A DNA stretch of 64,000 nucleotides, from assembly GCA_963664705.1 (NCBI GenBank), contig OY761556.1, positions 1,984,001 to 2,048,000 of the forward strand, read 5' to 3'. This document shows, piece after piece, positions 1 through 8,986 of the stretch. The first letter of the stretch is position 1. Each line of letters opens with the position of its first letter. Below the pieces are notes generated by a model. That model was given only the letters and a program-made list of their open reading frames with translations, was not told the origin of the DNA and made no database searches. The position numbers and the translations under genes were made by a program. The stretch comes from Acidobacteriota bacterium (lineage in GTDB: Bacteria > Acidobacteriota > UBA6911).

Positions 1-413
1 CGCACATGATCCATGGCTATGCCGATATTTACATCCGGCTTGTTCCGTCGATGAGGCACTCCATCCGCAATCTCGAAGGAGGCATTGATCACCGGGAAGA
101 CCTTCAGGGACTGCACAATGGCCCAACAGATAATGTGCGTGAACGAGACTTTAGCCGAATCGGCGACATCAAGATTTTCGTTGATGATCCTCCGATTTTC
201 CTCCATCAGCTTTACTGGAATGGTTCGATATGATGTAGCCGTAGGGATTGAAAGGCTTGCATCCATGTTTTCGACAACGCGAACATTCCCTCCGCGTATT
301 GGTTCGGCGGTTCCCGGTTTGGAGACCGTCGCGATATTTGCGGTTGTGCCGCCGGACTCCGTTGTGGTTCTTTCCTCAACACGCTGCTCTACAGTCGGTT
401 CATCTAAGGACAT
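1..413 (-). CDS. kgd: Multifunctional 2-oxoglutarate dehydrogenase/decarboxylase (Kgd/SucA with N-terminal E2-like acyltransferase domain); 5' part only, runs off the window edge
   Basis: Not in ORF track. Manual translation from ATG at 413: MSLDEPT...IRGGNVRVVENMDASLSIPTATSYRTIPVKLMEENRRIINE...KVSFTHIICWAIVQSLKVFPVIN...NIGIAMD, matching the Kgd motifs NMxASLxxPTATSxR and KISFTH. Confidence 0.85.
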   Translation of the reverse strand, partial: MSLDEPTVEQRVEERTTTESGGTTANIATVSKPGTAEPIRGGNVRVVENMDASLSIPTATSYRTIPVKLMEENRRIINENLDVADSAKVSFTHIICWAIVQSLKVFPVINASFEIADGVPHRRNKPDVNIGIAMDHV

Positions 414-489
414 GCTAGTCTCGCCTGGATGTAGGTGAAGAATTTAGGAGCCGGACAGGCTCCGGAACAATTCGCAATAAACCGAAATC

Positions 490-849
490 CTATTCCTCCG
501 TTGAAGCCTCCGGAACGCCATCTCCCGAAAAGTATGCTTCGTACAGCTCACGAGCGCGCGCCAGTTGCCTTACTTCAACAAGCAGACTGACAGGCTCAGC
601 CCCGCTGGCAATGCCGATCGGGTCGGTCTCGCCGCGCTGTACTGTCAGGATGCTGTTTTCCTCCAGGATTTCCCTGGCCATTTCCGCTTCGGATACGTTG
701 GAAAACTCAGCCAATTCAACCAACTCGGTTCCAGTGTCATCTTCCTGGGATTCCTCTGCTGGCAGGGAGTCCACGAGTTTGACCTTGCAGATATCGCAGG
801 ATTCCATTGGAAGCGCATATTCGGTTCGGCAGGTCGGGCAAAAAGGCAT
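490..849 (-). CDS. Small acidic protein with N-terminal zinc ribbon and DUF2007-like (putative signal-transducing) domain
   Basis: MPFCPTC...CDIC zinc ribbon; EAEMAREILEENSI and LLVEVRQLARARELY resemble DUF2007; SD GGAGGTG upstream. Confidence 0.65.
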   Translation of the reverse strand: MPFCPTCRTEYALPMESCDICKVKLVDSLPAEESQEDDTGTELVELAEFSNVSEAEMAREILEENSILTVQRGETDPIGIASGAEPVSLLVEVRQLARARELYEAYFSGDGVPEASTEE

Positions 850-968
850 AAATCACCTCCGGTACTCGAAAGTTAATTTCGGCAACTCTCTAATATTATT
901 GCACTAAATGTTTGAGGAGAATAGTGGGGGCCGCTCGCGCGGCTTGGAATTTTACCCGCCTCCAGGGC

Positions 969-1892
969 CTATTTCAGCCTTCCGCGCAGGCATGCCAGCC
1001 ATTTGCGCAGGACCGAAGGAACTGGGGCTCGCAGTTTCCCGTGTGCGCCATCATGCAGCGAGCCCAAATCCATCATCATCGCCGAAATGCTCTGATATCT
1101 GTCTTCGCGATTTTTGGCAAGTGCCTTGCGCATGATGAAATCCAGTTCGGGGGAAATTTCGGCAGGCTGGGAGGCAATAGGCGCAGGCATATCCTCGAGA
1201 ATTGCACTGATTCGCGACAGAGAGGTCCGCGCATCAAACGGATGCCGCCCGGTCAATATTTCATAGAGAAGGACTCCGAATGAAAATATGTCCGTGCGGG
1301 AATCCACCGGCTCACCGCGGACCTGTTCCGGTGACATATATCCAAGAGCATCAAGAGGGATCATCGTATCCGCGAAGTCGAGGCCGTGATCTCCGGATGC
1401 AAACCTTCCGCGTTTTGGAATTTCGGTAAACCGGGAAATGCAACAGTCCGTAAGAAGAATTTGCGGCTCGGTAGTGTCGAGCATCCATATATTTCCAGGC
1501 TTAAGTCCGCGATGCACGGCGCCTGAGTTGTGGATCATTTCAAGGGGAGCTGCGAGCAAACGTGCGATGTCCATCGCATCCGGCCATGGGAAAGGCTTTC
1601 CAAGGCATTGATCCAGCCTTTTCCCGCGAACAAAGGGAGTGACAATAAAGAAATCATCATTATCGTCGCCGATCTCGAGTATCGGGCAGATGCTTTTATG
1701 CTGAAAAGCGCTTGCGGTTAAAATACACTGCAAAAACTTTTCCCGCTTTTCCATGCTGCAAAGAATCCCCGATCGCACAAGTTTCAGCGCAACCGTGCAG
1801 CCTTCGGAATCTTCGGCCCGATAAACGGTTCCCAAACTGCCGCGGCCAATTTCTTCGACTATTAGATATCTGCCTAACTTTTCGCCGATCAT
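969..1892 (-). CDS. Hanks-type Ser/Thr protein kinase-like protein, probable pseudokinase
   Basis: GRYLIVEEIGRGSLGTVY, VALK, YMSPEQVRG, DIFSFGVLLYE; HRD reads HRG and DFG reads DCC. Start placed at MIGEKLGRY (1892; alternative 1907). Confidence 0.85.
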   Translation of the reverse strand: MIGEKLGRYLIVEEIGRGSLGTVYRAEDSEGCTVALKLVRSGILCSMEKREKFLQCILTASAFQHKSICPILEIGDDNDDFFIVTPFVRGKRLDQCLGKPFPWPDAMDIARLLAAPLEMIHNSGAVHRGLKPGNIWMLDTTEPQILLTDCCISRFTEIPKRGRFASGDHGLDFADTMIPLDALGYMSPEQVRGEPVDSRTDIFSFGVLLYEILTGRHPFDARTSLSRISAILEDMPAPIASQPAEISPELDFIMRKALAKNREDRYQSISAMMMDLGSLHDGAHGKLRAPVPSVLRKWLACLRGRLK

Positions 1893-2091
1893 TTTCTGGT
1901 GAGGCATTCTTTCCCGGTAAAGAAAGCCATGGTCTCTCCTATATAGCACAATCGCAATAGCCCGCATAGGGGCCGCATGCGCCTGGAGAAATCCCAGCCG
2001 CCAACTCAATTGGAGACATAAAGTTCTGCAAATATAGGACGATATACCTAGTGGATGGTACGTACGGGATCGTTGTGTAACGGAGGAATGC

Positions 2092-3027
2092 ATGGCTAAT
2101 GCAAAAATACATCCTGGCAAAATTGTAGTCCATGGCCGCTCTTTGCGTGACATTCTAGGCCTTCATGCCGAATGGCTGCAGAACGGTCGGGGCGAGAGGG
2201 CTACGTTACGCGGCGGTTCCTTGTCGGATGCAAATCTGCAAAATGCAGATCTGCGTAAGGCTGTTTTCACCGATATAAATTTCCTGGATGCCGATTTGAC
2301 CGGCGCTGATTTGAGCGGCACGGAATTGACACGATGCGATTTCCGCAATGCTTCTCTTTTCAAAACCGATTTCACCGGAGCCAAGCTGATTGATGTAAAT
2401 TTCCAGCAATGCCAGATGGCGGAATCCAATTTTTCCGAAGTGATGATGCAAGGGGTGGTGTTACGCAGCGCCATTTTGAGGGACTGCCGCCTGTTCGAAA
2501 TCCGCTCAACCGCCTGCGACTTCACCGGAGCCAACCTGCGCGCGTCACAAATGAACCACTCCGTTCTGGCGGATTGTTCATTTACGGAAGCAGATCTTGA
2601 AGAGTGCAATCTGTTGCGCACACGCATGCGTGCCTGCCGCTTTACGGCCGCAAAACTGATCAATGCCAATCTCTCCTCGGTACAAGCAGTCGATTGTGAT
2701 TTTCAGGGGGCCGCGCTGAATTCGGCGAAGCTCTCGATGGCGAACCTGAGCCAGAATGTTTTCTGCCGCGCCTCCATGACAAGTTGCGACCTCCGCTCCT
2801 CCAACCTCACGGCAACCGACTTTTCCGGGGCGGCCATGATGAACTCCCAGTTCCTGGAAGCCAATCTGATGGCAGCCGATTTCCGTGGATCCGTGCTGGA
2901 GGGCGCAAGAGGAATCTCCGGACGGCAATTAGCGAACTCGGTGACTTCCTACGCGACCATTCTCCCCAGTGGAAGTCGAGGCCCTTATGTGCAGGGAACC
3001 AATTCCGAATCGCCGGCATTTCGATAG
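2092..3027 (+). CDS. Pentapeptide repeat protein
   Basis: Dozens of A(D/N)LxX / CDFxG pentads (ANLQN ADLRK, ADLTG ADLSG, CDFTG ANLRA); SD GGAGGA before ATG. Confidence 0.9.
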   Translation: MANAKIHPGKIVVHGRSLRDILGLHAEWLQNGRGERATLRGGSLSDANLQNADLRKAVFTDINFLDADLTGADLSGTELTRCDFRNASLFKTDFTGAKLIDVNFQQCQMAESNFSEVMMQGVVLRSAILRDCRLFEIRSTACDFTGANLRASQMNHSVLADCSFTEADLEECNLLRTRMRACRFTAAKLINANLSSVQAVDCDFQGAALNSAKLSMANLSQNVFCRASMTSCDLRSSNLTATDFSGAAMMNSQFLEANLMAADFRGSVLEGARGISGRQLANSVTSYATILPSGSRGPYVQGTNSESPAFR

Positions 3028-3080
3028 CTCGCTTCAATGCCCTCTTGTGCTTGGGCACAGGTATGTCATGATGTGAGGCT

Positions 3081-3611
3081 ATGTCAATTTTTCGCCTGCT
3101 TAAACAAAACCTCGTTGACCTGGGCAAAGCGCCCAGCGAAACCGATACCATTCGCAAAATCACCCAAGCGCTCGATCGGCTTGAGCCTGAACGAGCGAAA
3201 TACATTGCCGCTTTTGCCTATCTCCTCGGACGAACTGCCCGGGCAGACCTTCAAATCAGCGCTGAAGAGACAGCTGTCATGGAACAGATTGTTTCTGTTC
3301 ATGGCAAGCTGCCCGAGGAACAGGCAATCATTGTTGTCCAGATCGCAAAAGCTCAGAACACGCTTTTCGGCGGCACGGAAAACTACCTGGTCGGTCGCGA
3401 ATTCAAGGAGATGAGTGACTATCCCGAGCGCCTGGCACTCCTGGATTGTCTGTTCGCCGTCGCGGCCGCCGATCATTCCATTTCCACCATCGAGGATAAC
3501 GAGATCAGCCAAATTGCGGATGAATTGCGCATTGAACACCGTGATTTCATTACGGTGCGATCCAGATATCGAGATTCTCTCGCGGTGCTTCAGGATTCAA
3601 CCAAGATCTGA
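3081..3611 (+). CDS. TerB family (tellurite-resistance/DjlA-N-like) protein
   Basis: Two TerB repeats: TARADLQISAEE and VAAADHSISTIEDNEISQIADELRI. Confidence 0.8.
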   Translation: MSIFRLLKQNLVDLGKAPSETDTIRKITQALDRLEPERAKYIAAFAYLLGRTARADLQISAEETAVMEQIVSVHGKLPEEQAIIVVQIAKAQNTLFGGTENYLVGREFKEMSDYPERLALLDCLFAVAAADHSISTIEDNEISQIADELRIEHRDFITVRSRYRDSLAVLQDSTKI

Positions 3612-3783
3612 GCCGTTTGCGCCGAGTCTCGATGATTGACATCGTTCTTTTGTCGAGTCATACTGCGCAGGGTAATTGTAGACGAACGTTTTCGCTGATT
3701 CACATGCTCGCGCCCAGAGGTGGCTAGCGATGCGGACTTGACTTCACTGGCGAAAACCCAAAGCTGCCTCAAAGCGTTTGATT

Positions 3784-4311
3784 ATGACGGAACCAAGGAC
3801 TCACCATCGCGTCGTTAGAAACCGCAAGAAGAACACAATCCCACTCTCAAAATTGCGCACCTCCGATGTCGTCAAGACAGTGGTGGATCATCCGCGGCGT
3901 CTCGAAGAACTGCTACGGATGCTGGAAGACAAGGATAGAGGAGTTCGTGGCCGCGCCGCCGCCACGCTGGCAAAACTTTCGGAATCGCACCCGGGTCGAT
4001 TGCTCCGTGTCATTGCACGCCTGAAGGATGCGCTTGTGGATGACTCCGCCTATGTTCGATGGCACATTGCCTATACCTTCGGCAAAGTGGGATTCCGCTT
4101 TCCCGCGCACTCCCGCGGATTCATCAACGAATTGGGCGCCAGGCTGGATGACGAAAACAGGATTGTGCGTGTTGTCGCCGACAAAGCCATCATCCAAGTG
4201 GCAATCCGGAAGCCTGGCATTGTGCAGGAACTGTTTCAGGGGTTGAAGAAGGATGTCCCTCCGACGATTGCTCGCCTAATGCGCAATTCCCCATCAAAGA
4301 CATCTGAGTAG
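3784..4311 (+). CDS. HEAT-repeat protein
   Basis: LEDKDRGVRGRAAATL, LVDDSAYVRWHIAYTFG and LDDENRIVRVVA repeats. Confidence 0.8.
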   Translation: MTEPRTHHRVVRNRKKNTIPLSKLRTSDVVKTVVDHPRRLEELLRMLEDKDRGVRGRAAATLAKLSESHPGRLLRVIARLKDALVDDSAYVRWHIAYTFGKVGFRFPAHSRGFINELGARLDDENRIVRVVADKAIIQVAIRKPGIVQELFQGLKKDVPPTIARLMRNSPSKTSE

Positions 4312-4368
4312 ACACTGGCAGCATCGTGAACATGGGAAACCCGCAACAGCGGGTTCGCGAACGCTTTT

Positions 4369-5052
4369 CTACTGCCGGCTCAAAAGGACATAAACCGCGC
4401 CCACGCCTCCATCGCGAGATTGCGCGGATGCATAGGCAAGGACATATCGGCTCATGCGCCGGGTTGAAAGCAGGCGCTGCAGGCTCTCCTTGAGCGTAGC
4501 CCTGTCTGCAGGAGAGTTGATCCCTCGTCCGTGAATGATCTTTATGCAGCAGGATCGGAATCGGGACATTCGGGTGATATACTCTTCTACCGCGGTCTGC
4601 GCCTCAACACGACTTAATCCATGCAAATCAATCTGCCCTTGAATGGAATAAAGTCCATTCCGAAGATTCGGCAGGAACCGCTTGCCCGCAACACCAATCC
4701 ACCCTTCGATATATTCGGGATGATCGAGGATATCCATCGGGGAGTCTTCATTCAAAGCCTCCTGCATGAGTCTCCTGTTTTCCAACTCAGGATCTGCCAC
4801 TGGTGGACGATCTGCCGGGGCCGGGACATGAATCTGCTTTCTCCATGCAATGCGGCTCACGCTATCCATGGCTTCCGCGAAAAGGTCGTCATCAGAAGCC
4901 TCCTGCTTCACCGTGACATCTACAGGTTTGCTTTTCTCCGGCGGTGGAGCCTTTGGCGGCTCAGGGGCGCCTTTCAAGTGAATCCCTGCTTTGTTCACAA
5001 GTTCCTGCAACTGACTTATATTGCCTTGCGCGCTCTTGTTCGATCGGGACAT
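4369..5052 (-). CDS. Smr/MutS2 family endonuclease-domain protein
   Basis: C-terminal Smr domain: IDLHGL, IIHGRG, DGGVGAVYVLL; start MSRSNK with SD GGAGAGG. Confidence 0.9.
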   Translation of the reverse strand: MSRSNKSAQGNISQLQELVNKAGIHLKGAPEPPKAPPPEKSKPVDVTVKQEASDDDLFAEAMDSVSRIAWRKQIHVPAPADRPPVADPELENRRLMQEALNEDSPMDILDHPEYIEGWIGVAGKRFLPNLRNGLYSIQGQIDLHGLSRVEAQTAVEEYITRMSRFRSCCIKIIHGRGINSPADRATLKESLQRLLSTRRMSRYVLAYASAQSRDGGVGAVYVLLSRQ

Positions 5053-5261
5053 CGGCCTCTCCGGTGTTCTGGTCCAAAAGTATCCCATGCCGGCAACATC
5101 GGATCAACGGCTACCCGTTCCGATACATCGAAGTTTTGTCTTTGTGGCTTCGCCCGAAGTTGAATGCCCTGGCTGAGCCGATGTTTCACGCCGAGGGCCT
5201 CTTCATGCATAAATTTTGAGGATACAACCGGTTGCATATCGTGAGGCGCAAGTCCTGAACA

Positions 5262-5290
5262 TTGACTTTGACCTCGGACTTGGCTACCTT
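5262..5290 (+). promoter_or_regulatory. Putative sigma70 promoter upstream of the iscA/erpA-folB genes
   Basis: TTGACT-17 nt-TACCTT, 43 nt before the ATG at 5333. Confidence 0.45.
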
Positions 5291-5332
5291 TCCACTGGCT
5301 TCGCCTGAAACCAGAATTAGGAAGGAGAGGGA

Positions 5333-5653
5333 ATGATTACATTAACGCCGGTAGCAATCTCGAAGGTAAAGTCCATACTGGAAGAACGAAAAGAAGAAAC
5401 GGCGCTTCGAATTGCGGTTATCGGGGGCGGGTGTTCAGGATTTCAGTATCAGATGACATTGGATAAAGAGCCCCGCACGGATGACAAAGTCCTGGAAATC
5501 GAAGGACTCAAGGTTTACGTCGATACGCGTTCGCTCTTATATTTAAATGGAACCGAGGTTGATTACCTGGAGGGGGCCAACGGATCCGGTTTCAAGTTCG
5601 ACAATCCCAACGCGAAAGCGGCCTGTGGGTGCGGCGAAAAATTTGAAGCGTAA
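5333..5653 (+). CDS. A-type Fe-S cluster carrier (IscA/ErpA/HesB family)
   Basis: GGGCSGFQY, SGFKFDNPNA and CGCG motifs. Confidence 0.92.
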   Translation: MITLTPVAISKVKSILEERKEETALRIAVIGGGCSGFQYQMTLDKEPRTDDKVLEIEGLKVYVDTRSLLYLNGTEVDYLEGANGSGFKFDNPNAKAACGCGEKFEA

Positions 5654-5749
5654 TTGTCTCCAGATTGGGCAAAAGTGCGGATGGAATCGCTGCCCGCACT
5701 TCTACCTGGATACCCTCCACTCTCCTTTGAACCGCCAAGAGAGGGTCCC

Positions 5750-6115
5750 GTGCCGCGAAAACAGGATCGCATCACACTCGCAGGAATCAAACTTTTTCCC
5801 CATATAGGAACCTCGCCCGAAGAACGGGCCTCCCCGCAGGAGTGCCTTGCGGATCTGATCCTCTGGGGAGATTTCGAGGCGGCGGCCTCCACGGACTCGC
5901 TGGAAGAATCTGTCGATTATACGCGCGTACTCGCAACCGCTCAACAAACGGCCACATCACAGGAGTTTCAGCTTGTCGAGACTCTGGCATACAAGATTGT
6001 GCGGCGTGTGCTGCAGCAGTTTCCCGTGACCCGCGTATGCATTAAGCTGCGAAAACGGCCGGCAGTTTTGGCCAATGACCTCGATTTTGTCGAGATCGAG
6101 GTTGAGGAATCCTGA
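5750..6115 (+). CDS. folB: Dihydroneopterin aldolase
   Basis: DRITLAGI, HIGTSPEER, SVDYT, LVETLA and KLRKR motifs; GTG start at 5750 in the frame of ORF 5654..6115. Confidence 0.88.
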   Translation: MPRKQDRITLAGIKLFPHIGTSPEERASPQECLADLILWGDFEAAASTDSLEESVDYTRVLATAQQTATSQEFQLVETLAYKIVRRVLQQFPVTRVCIKLRKRPAVLANDLDFVEIEVEES

Positions 6116-6251
6116 CAATTTGGTTACTGGTCGAGGTAAACTATAAGGAAAGTCCCGATATAAACAACCGAGGCTGTCTTTTATTCCGCTGTACTGCAGC
6201 CCATCGATTTGGATATATTGAGGATTGATAACAATTTCATGGAGGGCTGAA

Positions 6252-6725
6252 ATGAAAGAGCTTTCGGGAGATGGGCCCGGATTTTTCACCTCCAGGCTTT
6301 CGGATGCGGTTGCCTGGGCCCGCAAGTACTCCATTTTTGTCTATCCTTTTGTGACCGCCTGTTGCGGAATGGAATACATGTCGGCGGCGTCCGGGCATTA
6401 TGACATGGACCGATTTGGAGCCGGCCTTCCTCGCTTTTCACCGAGGCAGGCCGATGTACTTCTGGTGGTCGGCACGGTCAGCCATAAAATTGCCCCCATT
6501 CTCCGACGCGTTTATGATCAAATGTGCGAACCGAAATGGGTCGTTGCCTTTGGAGTTTGTACATGCACGGGCGGATTTTATGATAACTATGCCACCGTGC
6601 AGGGTATCGATACGATATTACCTGTCGATATTTATATCCCCGGATGCCCTCCAAGACCCGAAGCGGTTCTTGACGGCTTAATCAAACTCCAGACCAAAAT
6701 AGAAAACCAAAAACAGGTTCTATAA
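6252..6725 (+). CDS. nuoB: NADH-quinone oxidoreductase subunit B (copy 1)
   Basis: TACCGMEYM, FSPRQAD, YDQMCEPKWV and PGCPPRPE; SD GGAGGG before ATG 6252. Confidence 0.93.
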   Translation: MKELSGDGPGFFTSRLSDAVAWARKYSIFVYPFVTACCGMEYMSAASGHYDMDRFGAGLPRFSPRQADVLLVVGTVSHKIAPILRRVYDQMCEPKWVVAFGVCTCTGGFYDNYATVQGIDTILPVDIYIPGCPPRPEAVLDGLIKLQTKIENQKQVL

Positions 6726-6733
6726 GGGGAACT

Positions 6734-8074
6734 ATGTCTTCAACGGCCGGCAACAGGGAAACCAGAAGCATGCTGCTGAACATCGGTCCGTCTCATCCCG
6801 CCATGCACGGTGTCATTCGGTTGATCACCGAACTGGATGGGGAAACGGTGACAAAGGTGGAGGCTGAGATCGGTTACCTTCACCGCGCATTTGAAAAAAG
6901 TTGCGAGAACTCAAGCTGGACCCAGGCGATTCCGTACACAGATCGACTTAACTATGTATCCCCCCTCATCAATAATTTCGGATATTGCGGGGCGGTGGAA
7001 AAGCTCCTGGGAATCAAGATCACGGAGAGGTGCGAATATGTCCGCGTGATCATGAGCGAAATTTCCCGAATCACCGACCATCTGACCTGCATCGCCGCAA
7101 GCGCCATGGAACTGGGCGCCATGACCGCCTTCTTGTATCTGATGAAGGCCAGGGAATATCTTTACGACGTTATTGAAGAGGTAACCGGAGCCCGGCTGAC
7201 CATTTCGTATGGACGCATCGGCGGTGTAAAAGGTGATCTGCCGGCGACATTTGAAGAGCAGACAGAAAAGGCGCTCAAGAAGTCCGAGAAAGAGATCCTG
7301 GATGTCGACAAGCTGCTGACGCGCAACAGAATCTTTGTGGATAGAACCCGTGATGTGGGAATTCTGACCAAAGAAGATGCCATCAGCTACGCAATAACAG
7401 GCCCCATGGGCCGTTCCGCCGGCATCAATTACGATGTTCGCAAAGCCTTTCCCTACTTCGCCTATGATCGAGTTGATTTCGACATTCCACTGGGGGAGCG
7501 AGGGGATAACTACGATCGCTACCTGGTCCGGATGGAAGAAATGCGACAGAGCATCCGCATCATCCGACAGTGTTTGAAGGATCTGCCCGGCGGGCCCACA
7601 AATGTCGACATGAAGGGAAGGGCGATCCCCTCGTTTCAGCTGGTCGACCAGGCCAAACTCGGAAAGACGGCAGGGCTCGTCAATGCCGTGGCGACCGTAG
7701 AGCCAACGCTGGAAGGCTCCGAGCGCCCCTATCACGACCGCATCATGTCTGAGGATAAACGCGTATCTCTGCCATCCAAGGCGGATACCTATGGCAACAT
7801 TGAAGGGCTGATGAATCACTTTAAGCTCATCATGGACGCTCACGGCATCCGGCCACCGGCTGGAGATACCTATTTCGCCGTTGAAGGCGCCAATGGTGAA
7901 CTTGGCTTCTACGTCGTCAGCAATGGCAAAGATCACCCTTACCGCGTTCACGTCCGCCCGCCTTGCTTTTTCGCAATGGCAGGGCTCCACAAAATGCTGG
8001 AGGGTTATATGGTCGCGGATATCGTGGCAACCTTCGGCTCCATCAATATGATCGCGGGAGAACTGGATCGATAG
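6734..8074 (+). CDS. nuoD: NADH-quinone oxidoreductase subunit D (copy 1) with a 48-aa insertion
   Basis: NIGPSHPAMHGVIRL, GYLHRAFEK, DRLNY and C-terminal GELDR; no NiFe CxxC motifs. Confidence 0.93.
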   Translation: MSSTAGNRETRSMLLNIGPSHPAMHGVIRLITELDGETVTKVEAEIGYLHRAFEKSCENSSWTQAIPYTDRLNYVSPLINNFGYCGAVEKLLGIKITERCEYVRVIMSEISRITDHLTCIAASAMELGAMTAFLYLMKAREYLYDVIEEVTGARLTISYGRIGGVKGDLPATFEEQTEKALKKSEKEILDVDKLLTRNRIFVDRTRDVGILTKEDAISYAITGPMGRSAGINYDVRKAFPYFAYDRVDFDIPLGERGDNYDRYLVRMEEMRQSIRIIRQCLKDLPGGPTNVDMKGRAIPSFQLVDQAKLGKTAGLVNAVATVEPTLEGSERPYHDRIMSEDKRVSLPSKADTYGNIEGLMNHFKLIMDAHGIRPPAGDTYFAVEGANGELGFYVVSNGKDHPYRVHVRPPCFFAMAGLHKMLEGYMVADIVATFGSINMIAGELDR

Positions 8075-8222
8075 CGCCATCGATCGATTACTCCCGACGG
8101 ATCTTCCGGAATGAGGGACAATCCCGGCTGGAACTGCTGGTGCTGTTGACTTCGCGGGCCAACCGATTGATCATTTAAACGAATACAGGGTTGGGAAGCA
8201 GCCCAGCCGCGAACAGGGATCT

Positions 8223-8978
8223 ATGACAGTCATCAAGTCAAAACGTGAAATCGACCTCATGCGAGAGGCCTGCCGAATCGTCGCCGTTGTTCTGCAGGAA
8301 CTGCGCTCATTATGCAAGCCCGGAGTCACTACCCGGGAATTGGATCACTTTGCCGAAGAGCGGACAAAAGAGCAGGGAGCAAAACCTGCATTCAAAGGGT
8401 ATCGGGGCTATCCCGGTTCACTTTGCACTTCCATCAATCAACAGGTGGTTCATGGCATCCCCGGAGATGTTGTTTTGAAAGAAGGAGATATCATTGGCCT
8501 CGATTTTGGAGTTCTCTATAAAGGCTATTTCGGAGATGGCGCGGTTACCGTCCCCATCGGTCCAGTTGCGCCTGAGATAGTGAAGCTCTTGAAGGTCACT
8601 GAAGAATGCCTCTACCTGGGCATTGAGAAAATGGTGCAGGAAAATCACCTTTCCGACCTGTCCAGGGCTATTCAAACGCACGCGGAATCCCAGGGATTCA
8701 GTCTCGTGAAGGAATTCGGCGGTCATGGAATCGGCAAAAACCTCCACGAAGACCCGATGGTCCTTAATTATGTGGATAGCCGAAGTGGACGTGGGCAGCG
8801 GCTCAAACCCGGGTTGGTTCTTGCCGTTGAGCCTATGGTCAATATGGGAACAGACCAAGTCCAAATCCTCTCGGACGGCTGGACGGTTGTTACGCTGGAT
8901 GGGATGCCTTCTGCGCACTTTGAACACACTGTTGCCGTTACGGAAAACGGGCCCGAAATTCTTACGAAGGTTTCCTAG
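8223..8978 (+). CDS. map: Type I methionyl aminopeptidase
   Basis: VVHGIP, DFG...FGDGA, GHGIG...HEDP, AVEPM and SAHFEHT. Confidence 0.95.
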   Translation: MTVIKSKREIDLMREACRIVAVVLQELRSLCKPGVTTRELDHFAEERTKEQGAKPAFKGYRGYPGSLCTSINQQVVHGIPGDVVLKEGDIIGLDFGVLYKGYFGDGAVTVPIGPVAPEIVKLLKVTEECLYLGIEKMVQENHLSDLSRAIQTHAESQGFSLVKEFGGHGIGKNLHEDPMVLNYVDSRSGRGQRLKPGLVLAVEPMVNMGTDQVQILSDGWTVVTLDGMPSAHFEHTVAVTENGPEILTKVS

Positions 8979-8986
8979 ACCTATTA

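Noticed and set aside
2215-2900. Repetitive DNA as a CRISPR array or tandem repeat
   Set aside because: The periodicity is the 15-nt coding repeat of a pentapeptide protein; there are no identical repeats with spacers.
5016-5237. 73-aa ORF upstream of the Smr gene
   Set aside because: No recognisable domain or SD, and it overlaps the Smr start in another frame.
6734-8074. NuoD copy 1 as a group 4 [NiFe]-hydrogenase large subunit
   Set aside because: It lacks both Ni-binding CxxC motifs and ends in GELDR like NuoD.
6911-8080. Long antisense ORFs (e.g. 6911-8080, 28544-29758, 40139-41098, 44415-45323)
   Set aside because: They are shadows of well-supported genes on the opposite strand, with no recognisable motifs.
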